Below, piece by piece: positions 5,969-16,403 of a stretch of DNA of 32,805 bases. This DNA comes from a virus (Duplodnaviria > Caudoviricetes): the IMG/VR virus record IMGVR_UViG_3300012952_000063, positions 1 through 32,805 of that record; one strand, written 5' to 3'. The first letter of the stretch is position 1; every line of letters starts with the position of its first letter. Below the pieces are notes generated by a model, which searched no databases, was not told the DNA's origin, and worked only from the letters and a program-made list of their open reading frames with translations. A program made the translations under genes and the position numbers.

Positions 5969-8900
5969 CTATGAGTATGTTATCCAGATATCACCTACTG
6001 CTCCATCCGAACCACCTGGCGCAGAAGAATGTATGAATACATTTCTCATTGCCTTAGCACTTGCACCAATTGTTGTATAACTTGTTGTTGCAGCTCCTGT
6101 GAAAGCAGATGTTCCACTTACTGCTAAACTACTTAATGTACCAACACTTGTAATATTAGTTTGAGCTGCAGTTTGAATTGTACCTGTTACATTACCAACT
6201 AAGTTACCAGTGATATTACCACTTGAATTAATTGATGATGCCGCAACATTTGCAGCTACAAAATCTGCAGCTGTTAATGATAAATCACCAGTTGAAGAAC
6301 CTGTTGCAGTTGTTGTTGCAACTACAAATTTATCTGCACTTTCATCCCAACCTATAAATCCATTGTTACCTGTTGAACCTCTTTCTAGTATAAGACCCAA
6401 GTCATTACTGTTTGAACCAGTATTACCAGAACCAAGTTCTATTAATGCATCTTCAATAGTAGTGTTTGTTGAACTGTTAGTTACTGTTGAACCATTAACT
6501 GTTAGGTTACCAGAAATTACAACATTACCACTTGCAGTAACATCTGTTGCAGCTATATCTGCAAAAGTTACATCACTAGTTGTTGCAACATCCTGTCCAA
6601 TACTAATTGCAGGCTCCCATCCTTCACCAGCACTACCACTTACAGTAACACCAGTTCCACCAGTAACATTGTCTACATAGTTTCCAGAAGTTCCAGAACC
6701 TAATGCAACTGTTCCTACTACTAAGTCTATTGTATTATCTGCATCTTGATATGTTGCAGTAATACCTGTCTCAGTATTTGAACTAAACATTGCACCTACT
6801 GTGTCTGATACTGCCTCTGCAAAGTTTGATACTCCACTAGAAGTAATACTAATATCTACATTAGATGCACTTGTTACTCTACCTTTTGAATCTACTGCTA
6901 CTTGAGCAACACTATCTGCATCACCATAAGTTGCAGCTGATACACCAGAGTTTGCAAGTGTAATTGGTAATGCAACATTACCTGTTCCATCAAATGATTG
7001 TGATGAGTCTGTAGTTGCATCCCCTGTTACTGTAAAGTTTCTTGAAGTTGCAAGTGCAGTTGCAGTTGCAGCGTTACCAGTTGTACTTCCAGAAGAACCA
7101 GATACATTACCTGTAACATTTGCAACCAATGTACCTACTGTATATCCTGTTGCAGTTGTATTAACTGTTGTTGAAGGTACTGTTTGTGTATCTGCAAATA
7201 ATCTAAATGTATTATCTGTAGATGCATCAAAGAATAAACCTGCGTATTTTGTAGTACTTGACTCTACATACTTACCATAGAAACCAAAGTCTGTTGCATT
7301 TCCAGAGTTTGCATTTGTTAATCCTGTAAAGTTTGCATCGGATACTGTTGAACCTGTTTGTGTTGTTGTACCACTAACTACCAAGTTACCTGTAACTGTT
7401 AAGTCATTTGAAATTGTTACATCACTTGGTAATCCATATGTAATTGTTCCAGAATTTTCTACAACATCTACTTCGTTTGATGTTCCAGCAAAAGTTAAAG
7501 TACCACCTAATGATACTGGACTTGTATTTGAACCATCGGAAACTGTTATACTTGAATTTGAAAGTTTACTGTTTGCAATTGAACCAGATAACATTGCATT
7601 GTCTACTGAACCAGCTGCAATTGTTAATGCAATACTAGTATTACCTAGGTCTGTCATTGTACCAGAACCAGTCACATCTCCTGTTAGAGATATAGTTGGG
7701 TCATTAACATTAAAGTCTAAAGTACCATCTGAGTCATCATAGGTGACTGAGATACCATTTTCTGTGTTAGACGATACCATTCCACCTACAACATCTTGTA
7801 CTCTTTCTGTAGTATGGTAAAGGTTACTTGACCCTTCGGATAAGTTGTCTGTGTTAAATCCAGAAATACTTGTTACTAAATCGATAGTTCCATCACTATC
7901 TTCATAAGTTGCAGTGATACCTGTTTCAGTGTTTGAACTGAACATTGCTCCTACAGTATCTTGAACTACTTCTGTAAGGTCTATGTTTGCAGAACCATCG
8001 AATGAAACACCATGAATTGTTCTTGCAGTTTCTAATGCAGTTGCAGTTGCAGCGTTACCTGTTGTATCTTGGTTAAGTGTTCCAACTGTAAAATCTAAAG
8101 TACCATCTGAATCATCATATGCAACTGTAATACCACTTTCGGTATTAGATGTTACCATTGCACCTACGATATCTTCTACAGACTCAGTAAGGTCTGTAAT
8201 AGTTGATGCAGTTGTACTTACTACTAAATCGATTGTACCATCTGAATCTTGATATGTTGCACCAACACCTGTTTCAGTATTACCAGAGAACATTGCACCA
8301 ACAATGTCTTGTACTCTTTCTGCATTTACTGTTACATCACCAGAAGATACAGTAAAGTCTGTTCCATCAAATGATGCAATACCTTTGTTTGTTTCTGTTG
8401 CATCTTCTACAGATATAGTTGCAGTTGAACCTTCACTCGGTGTATGAGATACATCAATACCTTCACCAGCAGATATATCTAATAGATAATTACCAGTTGT
8501 ATCTGTACCTAATGCAACTGAGTCAGCTGCAATAGTTGATGCAATTGATACATTACCAGAACCATCAAATGAAACTGAACCAGTAACATCTCCTGTTAAA
8601 GAGATTGTTCTTGCATTCATTAATTGAGAAGCTGTACTTGCATTACCTTCTAGGTCTGCCAACAATGTTGATTGTGAATGACCAGTTCCAGAAGTATCTA
8701 CTGTAGTTGTAGGTTCTGATTGGTTACCATGGAATAATCTAAATTTACTTGATTCAGATGCATCCCATAATAGTCCTGCGTATTTTGTAGTTGAACCTTC
8801 AACATACTGACCATACAAACCAAAGTCTGTTGCATTTGCAGCGTTGTCTTTTGCAACTTTAACTGAACCATCTGTAACTTGTAATGTAGAAGATGATACT

Positions 8901-10018
8901 GTAGTTGTACTTCCTTGTACTGTAAGGTTACCAGATAGTGTTAGGTCAACTGCACTTGCATTTCCTGTAACTGTTAAATTGTTTCCAATAGTTACATTGT
9001 CTGGTAATCCTACTGTCACTGTTGCAGTTTCAGAACCAGAACCAGATACTTCAATTTCATTTGAAGTTCCAGAAATTCCAGAAACATAGTTTCCTGTTGT
9101 GTCTGTTCCTAATGCAACACTGTTAGCTGCAATAGTTGTACTAATAGATGTATTTCCTAGGTCTGTCATTGTTGCAGAACCAGTTACATCTCCTGTCAAT
9201 GAAATTGTTGGGTCATTGACATTGAAATCTAAAGTACCATCTGAGTCATCATATGTGACACTAATACCACTTTCGGTATTAGATGATACCATTCCACCTA
9301 CAACATCTTGTACTCTTTCTGTTGTATGATATTGATTTGTTCCTTCTGGTACTAATGTTGTACTTGATGGTGTTCCTACAATAGCAACATTACCCATTCC
9401 ACTATGGTTTGCACAATAGTAGTATAATGGGTTTAAACAGTCTTGTGCTAAACCTATTTCTACATATGCACCTGCTGAACCAGCAGTTCCTACTTTATTG
9501 TAAACTTTATATAATGTAGATGCAATCTCTGAACCACCACCATGAGTACCATCACTTGTTGTGGAGAATCTTAAAGGATGTGATGCATTACTATTATCTG
9601 ATTGGTCAAATCTATAAACTATACCCTTTGCCAACTTAAGGATATACTGTGAAGTACCATCAATAACAAAGTAACCACCACTAACTGTAACTGTAACTGG
9701 ATAATAATATGGATTTGTTCCAGCAATATTTTGTTCTACTGCAAGGTCAATAGTTCCATCACTATCTTCATAAGCTGCAGTTATATTTGTTTCAGTATTG
9801 GAACTAAACATAGCTCCCACTGTATCTTGTATGAATTCTGCACCTACTGTTGCACTAAATGTACCAGATGAATCATCATATGAAAATGATATACCTGTAT
9901 GTGAACCAGCAGCGAACAGACTTGAAATCTGGTCTTGTATCGCTTCAATTGCACCAGTAGAGTCTAATTCTCCAGATGCATTTAAAAGGTCTGCAAGATA
10001 TCTTGCTTTAGTTGGCAT
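5969..10018 (-). CDS. Long modular tail fibre protein (1349 aa) with a cupredoxin-like insert
   Basis: Gly/Ser/Thr-rich. Eight copies of the ExxQDxVGAMxSxNTExGIxxxYxDSDGTxDx module, TARTI-type fibre motifs, HPLRF...YYYCANHSGMG, and C-terminal SAPGGSDGAVGDIWITY. AGGAG RBS and an upstream late promoter. Confidence 0.85.
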   Translation of the reverse strand: MPTKARYLADLLNASGELDSTGAIEAIQDQISSLFAAGSHTGISFSYDDSSGTFSATVGAEFIQDTVGAMFSSNTETNITAAYEDSDGTIDLAVEQNIAGTNPYYYPVTVTVSGGYFVIDGTSQYILKLAKGIVYRFDQSDNSNASHPLRFSTTSDGTHGGGSEIASTLYKVYNKVGTAGSAGAYVEIGLAQDCLNPLYYYCANHSGMGNVAIVGTPSSTTLVPEGTNQYHTTERVQDVVGGMVSSNTESGISVTYDDSDGTLDFNVNDPTISLTGDVTGSATMTDLGNTSISTTIAANSVALGTDTTGNYVSGISGTSNEIEVSGSGSETATVTVGLPDNVTIGNNLTVTGNASAVDLTLSGNLTVQGSTTTVSSSTLQVTDGSVKVAKDNAANATDFGLYGQYVEGSTTKYAGLLWDASESSKFRLFHGNQSEPTTTVDTSGTGHSQSTLLADLEGNASTASQLMNARTISLTGDVTGSVSFDGSGNVSIASTIAADSVALGTDTTGNYLLDISAGEGIDVSHTPSEGSTATISVEDATETNKGIASFDGTDFTVSSGDVTVNAERVQDIVGAMFSGNTETGVGATYQDSDGTIDLVVSTTASTITDLTESVEDIVGAMVTSNTESGITVAYDDSDGTLDFTVGTLNQDTTGNAATATALETARTIHGVSFDGSANIDLTEVVQDTVGAMFSSNTETGITATYEDSDGTIDLVTSISGFNTDNLSEGSSNLYHTTERVQDVVGGMVSSNTENGISVTYDDSDGTLDFNVNDPTISLTGDVTGSGTMTDLGNTSIALTIAAGSVDNAMLSGSIANSKLSNSSITVSDGSNTSPVSLGGTLTFAGTSNEVDVVENSGTITYGLPSDVTISNDLTVTGNLVVSGTTTQTGSTVSDANFTGLTNANSGNATDFGFYGKYVESSTTKYAGLFFDASTDNTFRLFADTQTVPSTTVNTTATGYTVGTLVANVTGNVSGSSGSTTGNAATATALATSRNFTVTGDATTDSSQSFDGTGNVALPITLANSGVSAATYGDADSVAQVAVDSKGRVTSASNVDISITSSGVSNFAEAVSDTVGAMFSSNTETGITATYQDADNTIDLVVGTVALGSGTSGNYVDNVTGGTGVTVSGSAGEGWEPAISIGQDVATTSDVTFADIAATDVTASGNVVISGNLTVNGSTVTNSSTNTTIEDALIELGSGNTGSNSNDLGLILERGSTGNNGFIGWDESADKFVVATTTATGSSTGDLSLTAADFVAANVAASSINSSGNITGNLVGNVTGTIQTAAQTNITSVGTLSSLAVSGTSAFTGAATTSYTTIGASAKAMRNVFIHSSAPGGSDGAVGDIWITYS

Positions 10019-10051
10019 TTTAAAGTTCTCCTATTTTAAATCCTTTATAGT

Positions 10052-10059
10052 TATTTATA
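10052..10059 (-). promoter_or_regulatory. T4-type late promoter TATAAATA
   Basis: Exact consensus on the - strand, intergenic, about 34 nt upstream of the 1349-aa gene. Confidence 0.85.
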
Positions 10060-11355
10060 CTAATCATCTATTTCGATGAAGTCTTCTCCTGTGATTTGTT
10101 CTAATCTACGAATCATTTTTTCCATATTAACTTTAAACCTTTTACCAGTTTTCACATTTTCTGAATAGTAAATCCATTCACCTTGAGTATTGTGAGGTGA
10201 TATCTGAGTAACATTACCAGCTTCATCTCTCACAAATAGTTCTGCACTACTTGATACATCTTTTGCATATAAAGATGCACGATTAGTTACACTAGATGGG
10301 TCAGATGCAAGTACTTCTAAATGTACTGGCCCATCTTGTACATCTACATAAGTAGATGGTTTTAGTGTGACTGCATTAGTCCCACTTGATTGAATGTTAT
10401 TTCCATTGGTATCTAAATTACCACCAAGGAAAGGTACTGTATCTAAAAATAAATTTACCTCTGGTGTATTGAAACCATATTCAATTACATCGATAACATA
10501 ATTTGGGTCTGTAAGTGCTTCTACAAAATCAATTTGAGTACCACTACCAGAACTCCATTGTCCTTTTTTTACTAAGACACCATTCACAAATACTTCTGAA
10601 TATTTGGGAATAATACTTAAAGGGTTTCCATTTGCATCGTTTCCACTTATATTAGATGTGGAAGCTGCAGTAATATCATATTGGTTTCTAAAAAATGGTT
10701 CTGAACCTGTGTATGATTTTATGACAACTGTATCATTAACTTGTAGACCAGAACTAAATGTTATAACTGATGAACTAGTTTCTGTATAGTCTGAACCAGA
10801 CCTATTATCCATAAGAACACCATTTAAAAATACTAAGATTTTGCCTGGCGTATATGATAAGGTATTACTATTTTCATCTGCACCAGTTAGTACTGTTTGA
10901 TTAGCAGTTGCAGTAAATTCAAATTGTGCAATACTTGTTAATTTAGATGCAGTAGTTCCACCTAGACCTATAACTTCTAGGTAATCAGAAGACTTTGCAC
11001 CATCATCCAATACAATTGATGTACCATTCGTTGCAGTATAATCATCTGGGTCTAAAAATACTCCATTAAGGAATACTAAAATTTGACCAGTTGTATACGA
11101 TAAGGAATCACCATTTGCATCGGTGCCTGAAAATGTTGTTTGGTTTGCACTAGCATTAAATAGGTTATGAGACATTTGGTTGAACTTAGCTTGTTCTGCA
11201 CCCACCTCAACGATAGATTCAGTTCCACCTACATTCTTTTTAATGTATGCCTTACCATCATAGGTGTTGATTGCAAGTTCACCCAACGATAAGTCGGATG
11301 TACTTGGAATTGCACCACTAGTAGCAGACCTTTTTAATTGGACTGTCTGTGTCAT
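10060..11355 (-). CDS. Virion structural / fibre protein (431 aa)
   Basis: N-terminal QLKRS...P...L..GELAINT.DGK attachment motif typical of phage fibres. Three repeats of F.A.A.QT..SG.D.N...LSY..G.ILVFLNGV....DYT. Confidence 0.75.
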   Translation of the reverse strand: MTQTVQLKRSATSGAIPSTSDLSLGELAINTYDGKAYIKKNVGGTESIVEVGAEQAKFNQMSHNLFNASANQTTFSGTDANGDSLSYTTGQILVFLNGVFLDPDDYTATNGTSIVLDDGAKSSDYLEVIGLGGTTASKLTSIAQFEFTATANQTVLTGADENSNTLSYTPGKILVFLNGVLMDNRSGSDYTETSSSVITFSSGLQVNDTVVIKSYTGSEPFFRNQYDITAASTSNISGNDANGNPLSIIPKYSEVFVNGVLVKKGQWSSGSGTQIDFVEALTDPNYVIDVIEYGFNTPEVNLFLDTVPFLGGNLDTNGNNIQSSGTNAVTLKPSTYVDVQDGPVHLEVLASDPSSVTNRASLYAKDVSSSAELFVRDEAGNVTQISPHNTQGEWIYYSENVKTGKRFKVNMEKMIRRLEQITGEDFIEIDD

Positions 11356-11374
11356 ATGTCACTCACTTTGTCAT

Positions 11375-11390
11375 TAGGGTATATACCCTA
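11375..11390. promoter_or_regulatory. Perfect 16-bp palindrome TAGGGTATATACCCTA (operator or RNA hairpin)
   Basis: Self-complementary and intergenic, 20 nt upstream of the 431-aa gene start. No U-tract follows it. Confidence 0.5.
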
Positions 11391-11402
11391 TATCTTAAAC
11401 TG

Positions 11403-11801
11403 TTATGTAACAGTTATTTTTTCTAAAATTGCACTCCATGTAGAAGTGTCTAATGTAAATTTAATTCTTATCTGGTCATCTGCAAATCCAAGTCCTATGT
11501 AATTAAGTACATCCATTGGTACTTCTTTAATAGTTCTTTGTACATTTGCACCAGTATCCCACCAATCTGTTGGTGGAATCTCATCATTTATCCTCATTCC
11601 TAAATCAAGTTCTCTACCACCCTCTGAGTTATCTAACTTAAGTTTTGCAGTAAAGTTACCATTATCACTAATATAAACTTTTCCATCAATAGGAATATAA
11701 AGTTGTTTCATAACTTCATTTGGTATTTCAATATCAATTCGTCTTTCTTCAACTGTCAATTCTGGTACAGTTGCATTAAAAACTTTTCCATTATAACTCA
11801 T
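11403..11801 (-). CDS. Hypothetical protein (132 aa)
   Basis: GAGG RBS; fills the gap between two fibre genes. Globular, charged composition unlike its neighbours. Confidence 0.75.
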   Translation of the reverse strand: MSYNGKVFNATVPELTVEERRIDIEIPNEVMKQLYIPIDGKVYISDNGNFTAKLKLDNSEGGRELDLGMRINDEIPPTDWWDTGANVQRTIKEVPMDVLNYIGLGFADDQIRIKFTLDTSTWSAILEKITVT

Positions 11802-11816
11802 AATAATTATCCTCTA

Positions 11817-13268
11817 TTAATAACTTCCACCATCTATTGCAGTAATTGAAACTGCACCAGACGATACTGTAAACTCATTTGAGTTAAAAGATGCAATACC
11901 TTTATTAGTTGAAGTTGCATCTTCTGCTGATAAAGTTATACTACCAGCACCATTAGTGACATCTAAACCTTCTCCAGCAGTAATTGTTCCTAATTGCATG
12001 TCACCATTACCTGTATGACCCATTAGAATCTGTCCATTAGTTGGTGCAGAACCATCTACACTTGTAATTGAACCTGCTAAGTCTAATCCACCAATATCTA
12101 AATTACCTTTTGTACCAGATATAATTGAACTTGTATCTGTTGCATCTGGAACAAATGTAAATTTACCTGTACTATCATCAAATCCGAAGAACCCTAATTT
12201 TGCAGCTGACCCATTGTGCCATCTGAATTGCATACCTCTATCTTTGTTATCGTCTGAGCCTGGAGCTGTATCTCCACCCACTACAAAGATTGGGTCATCA
12301 ACTGTGACTGTTGTACTGTTTACAGTTGTTGTAGTTCCATTGATTGTTAAATTACCATCGACTGTAAGGTTATTACCTATAGTCACATTGTCTGGTAATC
12401 CAACTGTAATTGTTTGACCACTTGCAACTGTTTCAATCTCATTTGTTGTACCAGCAATGGTCAACGATTGTGAGTCTAAATCTATTGCACCAGTTCCACT
12501 GTCACCAGCAGTATCTAAATCTTGAGCAGTTATATTTGTATCTACATAATCTTTAACTGCAGCTGATGTTGGAACTGTTGTGTCGTTATCGTTTGAACCA
12601 ATTCCTTCACTTTCTATTACTAAAAAGGAATTGTTAATACTTACTGCACCACTTGATACAGTAAAGTGTGAACTGTTAAATGATGCAACACCTTTATTTG
12701 ATGTACTTGCATCTTCACCAGCTATGGTTATTTGGTTATCGGATACTGTTGTATCAATACCTTCACCACCAGTGAAAGTTAAAGTTTCACCAGTTGAGAA
12801 TGAGTCATTTGACCCACTATCTGCAGCTAATGATAAACTTGATACGACTGTACCAAAACTTAATTGACCAGAACCATCTGTTTTAAGGAACTGACCATTT
12901 GAACCATCACCATCTGGTAATGTAAATGTAGTATTATTTGTTACTGCATTTGGTGATTTAAGTGCTACGAAGTTAGAACCATTATCTGAATCTTCGAATA
13001 GTTGTAGACTACCACCTGTTGAACTCCCATTCCCTACTTTGAAGTTTGCTGGTGATGGTGTCGTTCCATCTAAAATATCAGTATAATATTTACCACCTAG
13101 TTTTTGTATTACTGCACTACCACCACTGTCTTGAGACTCAACATATAGAATTGCACCAGCACCACTATTGGATGCATCCATTGAATATGCTAATTCACCT
13201 TGAGCTAAGTCAGACGCTGTAGGGGCAGAAACACCTGTGCTTCTTTTAATCTGAATTACTGTTGCCAT
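11817..13268 (-). CDS. Tail fibre-like virion protein (483 aa)
   Basis: N-terminal IQIKRS...P...L..GELAY motif, [23 protein letters not shown] fibre motif, two EDAxxxNKGxASF modules and C-terminal IDGGSY. AGGAG RBS. Confidence 0.8.
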   Translation of the reverse strand: MATVIQIKRSTGVSAPTASDLAQGELAYSMDASNSGAGAILYVESQDSGGSAVIQKLGGKYYTDILDGTTPSPANFKVGNGSSTGGSLQLFEDSDNGSNFVALKSPNAVTNNTTFTLPDGDGSNGQFLKTDGSGQLSFGTVVSSLSLAADSGSNDSFSTGETLTFTGGEGIDTTVSDNQITIAGEDASTSNKGVASFNSSHFTVSSGAVSINNSFLVIESEGIGSNDNDTTVPTSAAVKDYVDTNITAQDLDTAGDSGTGAIDLDSQSLTIAGTTNEIETVASGQTITVGLPDNVTIGNNLTVDGNLTINGTTTTVNSTTVTVDDPIFVVGGDTAPGSDDNKDRGMQFRWHNGSAAKLGFFGFDDSTGKFTFVPDATDTSSIISGTKGNLDIGGLDLAGSITSVDGSAPTNGQILMGHTGNGDMQLGTITAGEGLDVTNGAGSITLSAEDATSTNKGIASFNSNEFTVSSGAVSITAIDGGSY

Positions 13269-13286
13269 TATTCTCTCCTAATATTG

Positions 13287-13499
13287 TTAGTAAGTCCCAC
13301 CATCTATCGTGTTGGCAGCTTCAAACTTACCTGTACTTGCATCAAAAATAAGGGTAGTACCACTTTGAAGTGACACTGTGGTTGTATCCACATTTGCCAA
13401 ATCATTCATATTAATCGAGGATGCATCCACTTTACCTACAGTCACTTGTTTGACTTGTTTGTTAAGAGGGTTGGCAACCTTTACTTTTATAGTTGACAT
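13287..13499 (-). CDS. Small virion protein (70 aa)
   Basis: L.DL.NVD......G.TLIFD..TGKF fibre-repeat motif and C-terminal IDGGTY. Confidence 0.7.
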   Translation of the reverse strand: MSTIKVKVANPLNKQVKQVTVGKVDASSINMNDLANVDTTTVSLQSGTTLIFDASTGKFEAANTIDGGTY

Positions 13500-13505
13500 T
13501 GTTTA

Positions 13506-13841
13506 TTAACTCCTACTTACACTTGGTGTTACAATCAACTGCCCTTCTATCAATCTTGTTTTTAATCCACTTGCATCAGTTTGTAAGACATCGTACACAT
13601 ATCTTCCATTTTCTAATGCAGCAGTTTGCACATCGGTGAGACTTAAGGTTAAATTCCCACCGACTCCATCATTGGATGTACTAAATGTTGCTTTTACTGT
13701 ATTCGAAGCATGACTTTTTCTTACCTGTGCAAGAAAAGTATTACTTGCAAGATTCAATGCTGAATCTGTTGCATCAGTCAAGGAGACAGTAATTGTAAAA
13801 TCACTCCCTTGGTCTACGAATAAATTACTGATACTTGCCAT
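13506..13841 (-). CDS. Small beta-sandwich virion protein (BppU-like adaptor)
   Basis: NLFVDQGSDF...AQVRKS...LSLT..QT..L..GRYVYDV......TRLIEG...VTPSV pattern, common in T4-like phages. A late promoter lies upstream. Confidence 0.7.
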   Translation of the reverse strand: MASISNLFVDQGSDFTITVSLTDATDSALNLASNTFLAQVRKSHASNTVKATFSTSNDGVGGNLTLSLTDVQTAALENGRYVYDVLQTDASGLKTRLIEGQLIVTPSVSRS

Positions 13842-13874
13842 ATAAAATACTACCTTTTGATGTTATCTAAGTAG

Positions 13875-13882
13875 TATTTATA
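13875..13882 (-). promoter_or_regulatory. T4-type late promoter TATAAATA
   Basis: Exact consensus, intergenic, about 34 nt upstream of the 111-aa gene. Confidence 0.85.
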
Positions 13883-13886
13883 CGAT

Positions 13887-16403
13887 TTACGACTTTAAAC
13901 TTTCTATTTCTGTTTTAAGTTCTTTGATTGCTTCAATTAATAATGGAACTAACTTTTCATATTGAACTGTCTTATATTCATTATCAACTGGTGCTGGTTG
14001 AACGACTTCTGGTAATATTTGTTCTACTTCTTGAGCTGATACACCAATCATGTTTACATTCTTATCAAACTGATTACTTAAATCAGATGCTGTATCATTC
14101 CAATTAAAGTGGAAACCATTTAACGATTCTACTTTCTCTAGAGCATTTTCAATGTTATCACCTCTGTCTTTTAATCTATCATCAGATGCATATGCAATAA
14201 TATCACCTGTTGATGAAACCTGTGCAAAAGATACACTACTAGTAGTATTAGTTGCTTGGTTAGATGAATATGTTGTATATCCAGATGGGTTAGTACTATT
14301 ATATGGTGTAAATCCTAATGCAGTTGTAACATCGGAAGAACCAATTGCACTAGTGTAATGAGGTGCAGATGTGTTTGTTGCACCAGCTTGAATACCAGCA
14401 AGTTTAGTGTTTAGTGCAGAAGTAAAGTTTATTTCTGTTAATCCACCATTACCTACACTATATGTTGTGTTAGTATCTGTTGATGCTATATTAAATACAC
14501 CAGTTGTTGGTTCTGAAATAGTTACATTACTTCCACTTTGAAGAGTAATACTACCAGTTCTATAAGAACCAGAATCTTCTCTGATTTGTGTAACTGTATT
14601 ATCATTATTATCAGTTGAACTAATTGTTAAACTACCTGTACTACCATCGTATGATACAGAAGTTGCACCACTACCAGATATCATAGCACCAACAATATCT
14701 TCAATATGGTCGTGGTCAATACTTACTGCACCAGAAGATACTGAGAAATCAGTTGAACTAAATGATGCAATACCTTTATTAGTTGCAGTAGCATCTTCTC
14801 CTGCTACTGTTACAGTTGAACCATTTATGACAGTATTCATACCTTCACCACCAGCAATGGTCATTGTTGTTCCTTCGGATACTGCTTTGGTTGAACCAGT
14901 ATCAGCTGCTTGACTCCAACCAGAATATGTATCTACTGATACTTGACCAGCAGCTGTTAGTCTTCCCTGTGCATCAACTGTAAATGTTGAGATTGCACTT
15001 GCAGAACCATATGAACCTGCTGATACAGCAGTATCATCTAAACTTATACTATGTGCAATACCTTCACCAGAAGTTGCACCAGTTGATGTTAAAGCAGTTC
15101 CTGCTACTAATGTACCAACATAGTTACCAGATGTTTTTGTTCCTAAAGTTACTGCATTATTTACAATTGCATCTGTATCTACTGAATCGTCTGCTAACTC
15201 ACTAGCGTTGATTGCATTTGCAGCTATCTCTGAACTTCCGATTGAATTAGCTGCAATATTACCACCGACAATTGTGTTGTCTGCAATCATTGAACTTACA
15301 ATTGCGTCATTACCTATTACTAAATCTAAAGTACCATCTGAGTCTTGGTATGTTACAGTAATACCTGTTTCAGTATTAGAACTGAACATTGCACCAACAA
15401 TATCTTCAATCTCTTCTTGAGTTTTACCAGATGTACTAATTGTTAAAGAGTTTGAAGCGTCATCATATGTTAATGTCATATTAGTACCTGCTACTAACAA
15501 TCCATCTATAGTATCTTGTATTTGTTCTGTAAGGTCTATGTCTGCACTACCATTAAATGATACACCATGTATTGTTCTTGCAGTTTGTAATGTAGTTGCA
15601 GTTGAAGCGTTACCTGTTGTATCTGCTGTTCCTGTTGCAGAAATTACACCAGTACTAGAATTATATGAAATGGTTGAACCATCACCATTGATTAAATTTC
15701 TAACACTCGTATTAAATCCAGATAAATTTGATGCAGTAATTTGTGAACCATTTACTTTTATTTGTCCACCACTTGTTAAATTTAAATTACCATTTACGAA
15801 TACTTCGTTTGATGTACCACCAGTGTTTAAGAAAATATTTGAACCAGATGACTCTAATTGAATTCCATATCCACTTGCTGGTGCAGTTACAATACCTGTA
15901 GCATCTGAGTTTATTACAACACCATTTTCAGTATCATGATTGTAAATAGAACCAGCACCAGTCTTAGTCCATTGTGTTACTGCACCTTGAGTTGCACCAG
16001 CAACACCTTCATATGAACCAGTGAAGGATGTAATTCTTATAATGTCTGAGTTTGCAGCTGATGTTGCAAGAGTAATACTTGAACCATTAGTTGCAGAATA
16101 GTCTGTACCACTTCTAAGTAGTGTACCATTTTTAAATACTAGTACTCTATTAACAGAATATTTTAATGTTTCACTAAAGTTATCTGTACCACTAAATGTT
16201 CTATTTGAACTTGTACCATTTGAACCAGTAAACTCAAAGTCTTGAAAAAAGAAATACTGGTCAATAATACTATTGATAGAATCTACCAGTGAACTTTTTT
16301 GACTTGTTCTAAGACCACCTAATCCACCGACCTCATCTACAAGGTCGTTATAGGAAGTTCTTAAGACTTCTAGTGTATCGTTGTTACTAACATTCTTTGC
16401 CAT
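13887..16403 (-). CDS. Tail fibre protein with a C-terminal peptidase S74 intramolecular chaperone
   Basis: C-terminal ASDDRLK..IENALEKV..LNG..FNWN...GVSAQEVEQILPEVV...YEKLVPLLIEAIKEL (about 13887-14186). Shares fibre modules with the 1349-, 483- and 431-aa proteins. Confidence 0.9.
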   Translation of the reverse strand: MAKNVSNNDTLEVLRTSYNDLVDEVGGLGGLRTSQKSSLVDSINSIIDQYFFFQDFEFTGSNGTSSNRTFSGTDNFSETLKYSVNRVLVFKNGTLLRSGTDYSATNGSSITLATSAANSDIIRITSFTGSYEGVAGATQGAVTQWTKTGAGSIYNHDTENGVVINSDATGIVTAPASGYGIQLESSGSNIFLNTGGTSNEVFVNGNLNLTSGGQIKVNGSQITASNLSGFNTSVRNLINGDGSTISYNSSTGVISATGTADTTGNASTATTLQTARTIHGVSFNGSADIDLTEQIQDTIDGLLVAGTNMTLTYDDASNSLTISTSGKTQEEIEDIVGAMFSSNTETGITVTYQDSDGTLDLVIGNDAIVSSMIADNTIVGGNIAANSIGSSEIAANAINASELADDSVDTDAIVNNAVTLGTKTSGNYVGTLVAGTALTSTGATSGEGIAHSISLDDTAVSAGSYGSASAISTFTVDAQGRLTAAGQVSVDTYSGWSQAADTGSTKAVSEGTTMTIAGGEGMNTVINGSTVTVAGEDATATNKGIASFSSTDFSVSSGAVSIDHDHIEDIVGAMISGSGATSVSYDGSTGSLTISSTDNNDNTVTQIREDSGSYRTGSITLQSGSNVTISEPTTGVFNIASTDTNTTYSVGNGGLTEINFTSALNTKLAGIQAGATNTSAPHYTSAIGSSDVTTALGFTPYNSTNPSGYTTYSSNQATNTTSSVSFAQVSSTGDIIAYASDDRLKDRGDNIENALEKVESLNGFHFNWNDTASDLSNQFDKNVNMIGVSAQEVEQILPEVVQPAPVDNEYKTVQYEKLVPLLIEAIKELKTEIESLKS

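Noticed and set aside
10060-13268. Diversity-generating retroelement target, suggested by Mtd-like N-termini
   Set aside because: No reverse transcriptase and no template/variable repeat pair differing at adenines was seen in the window.
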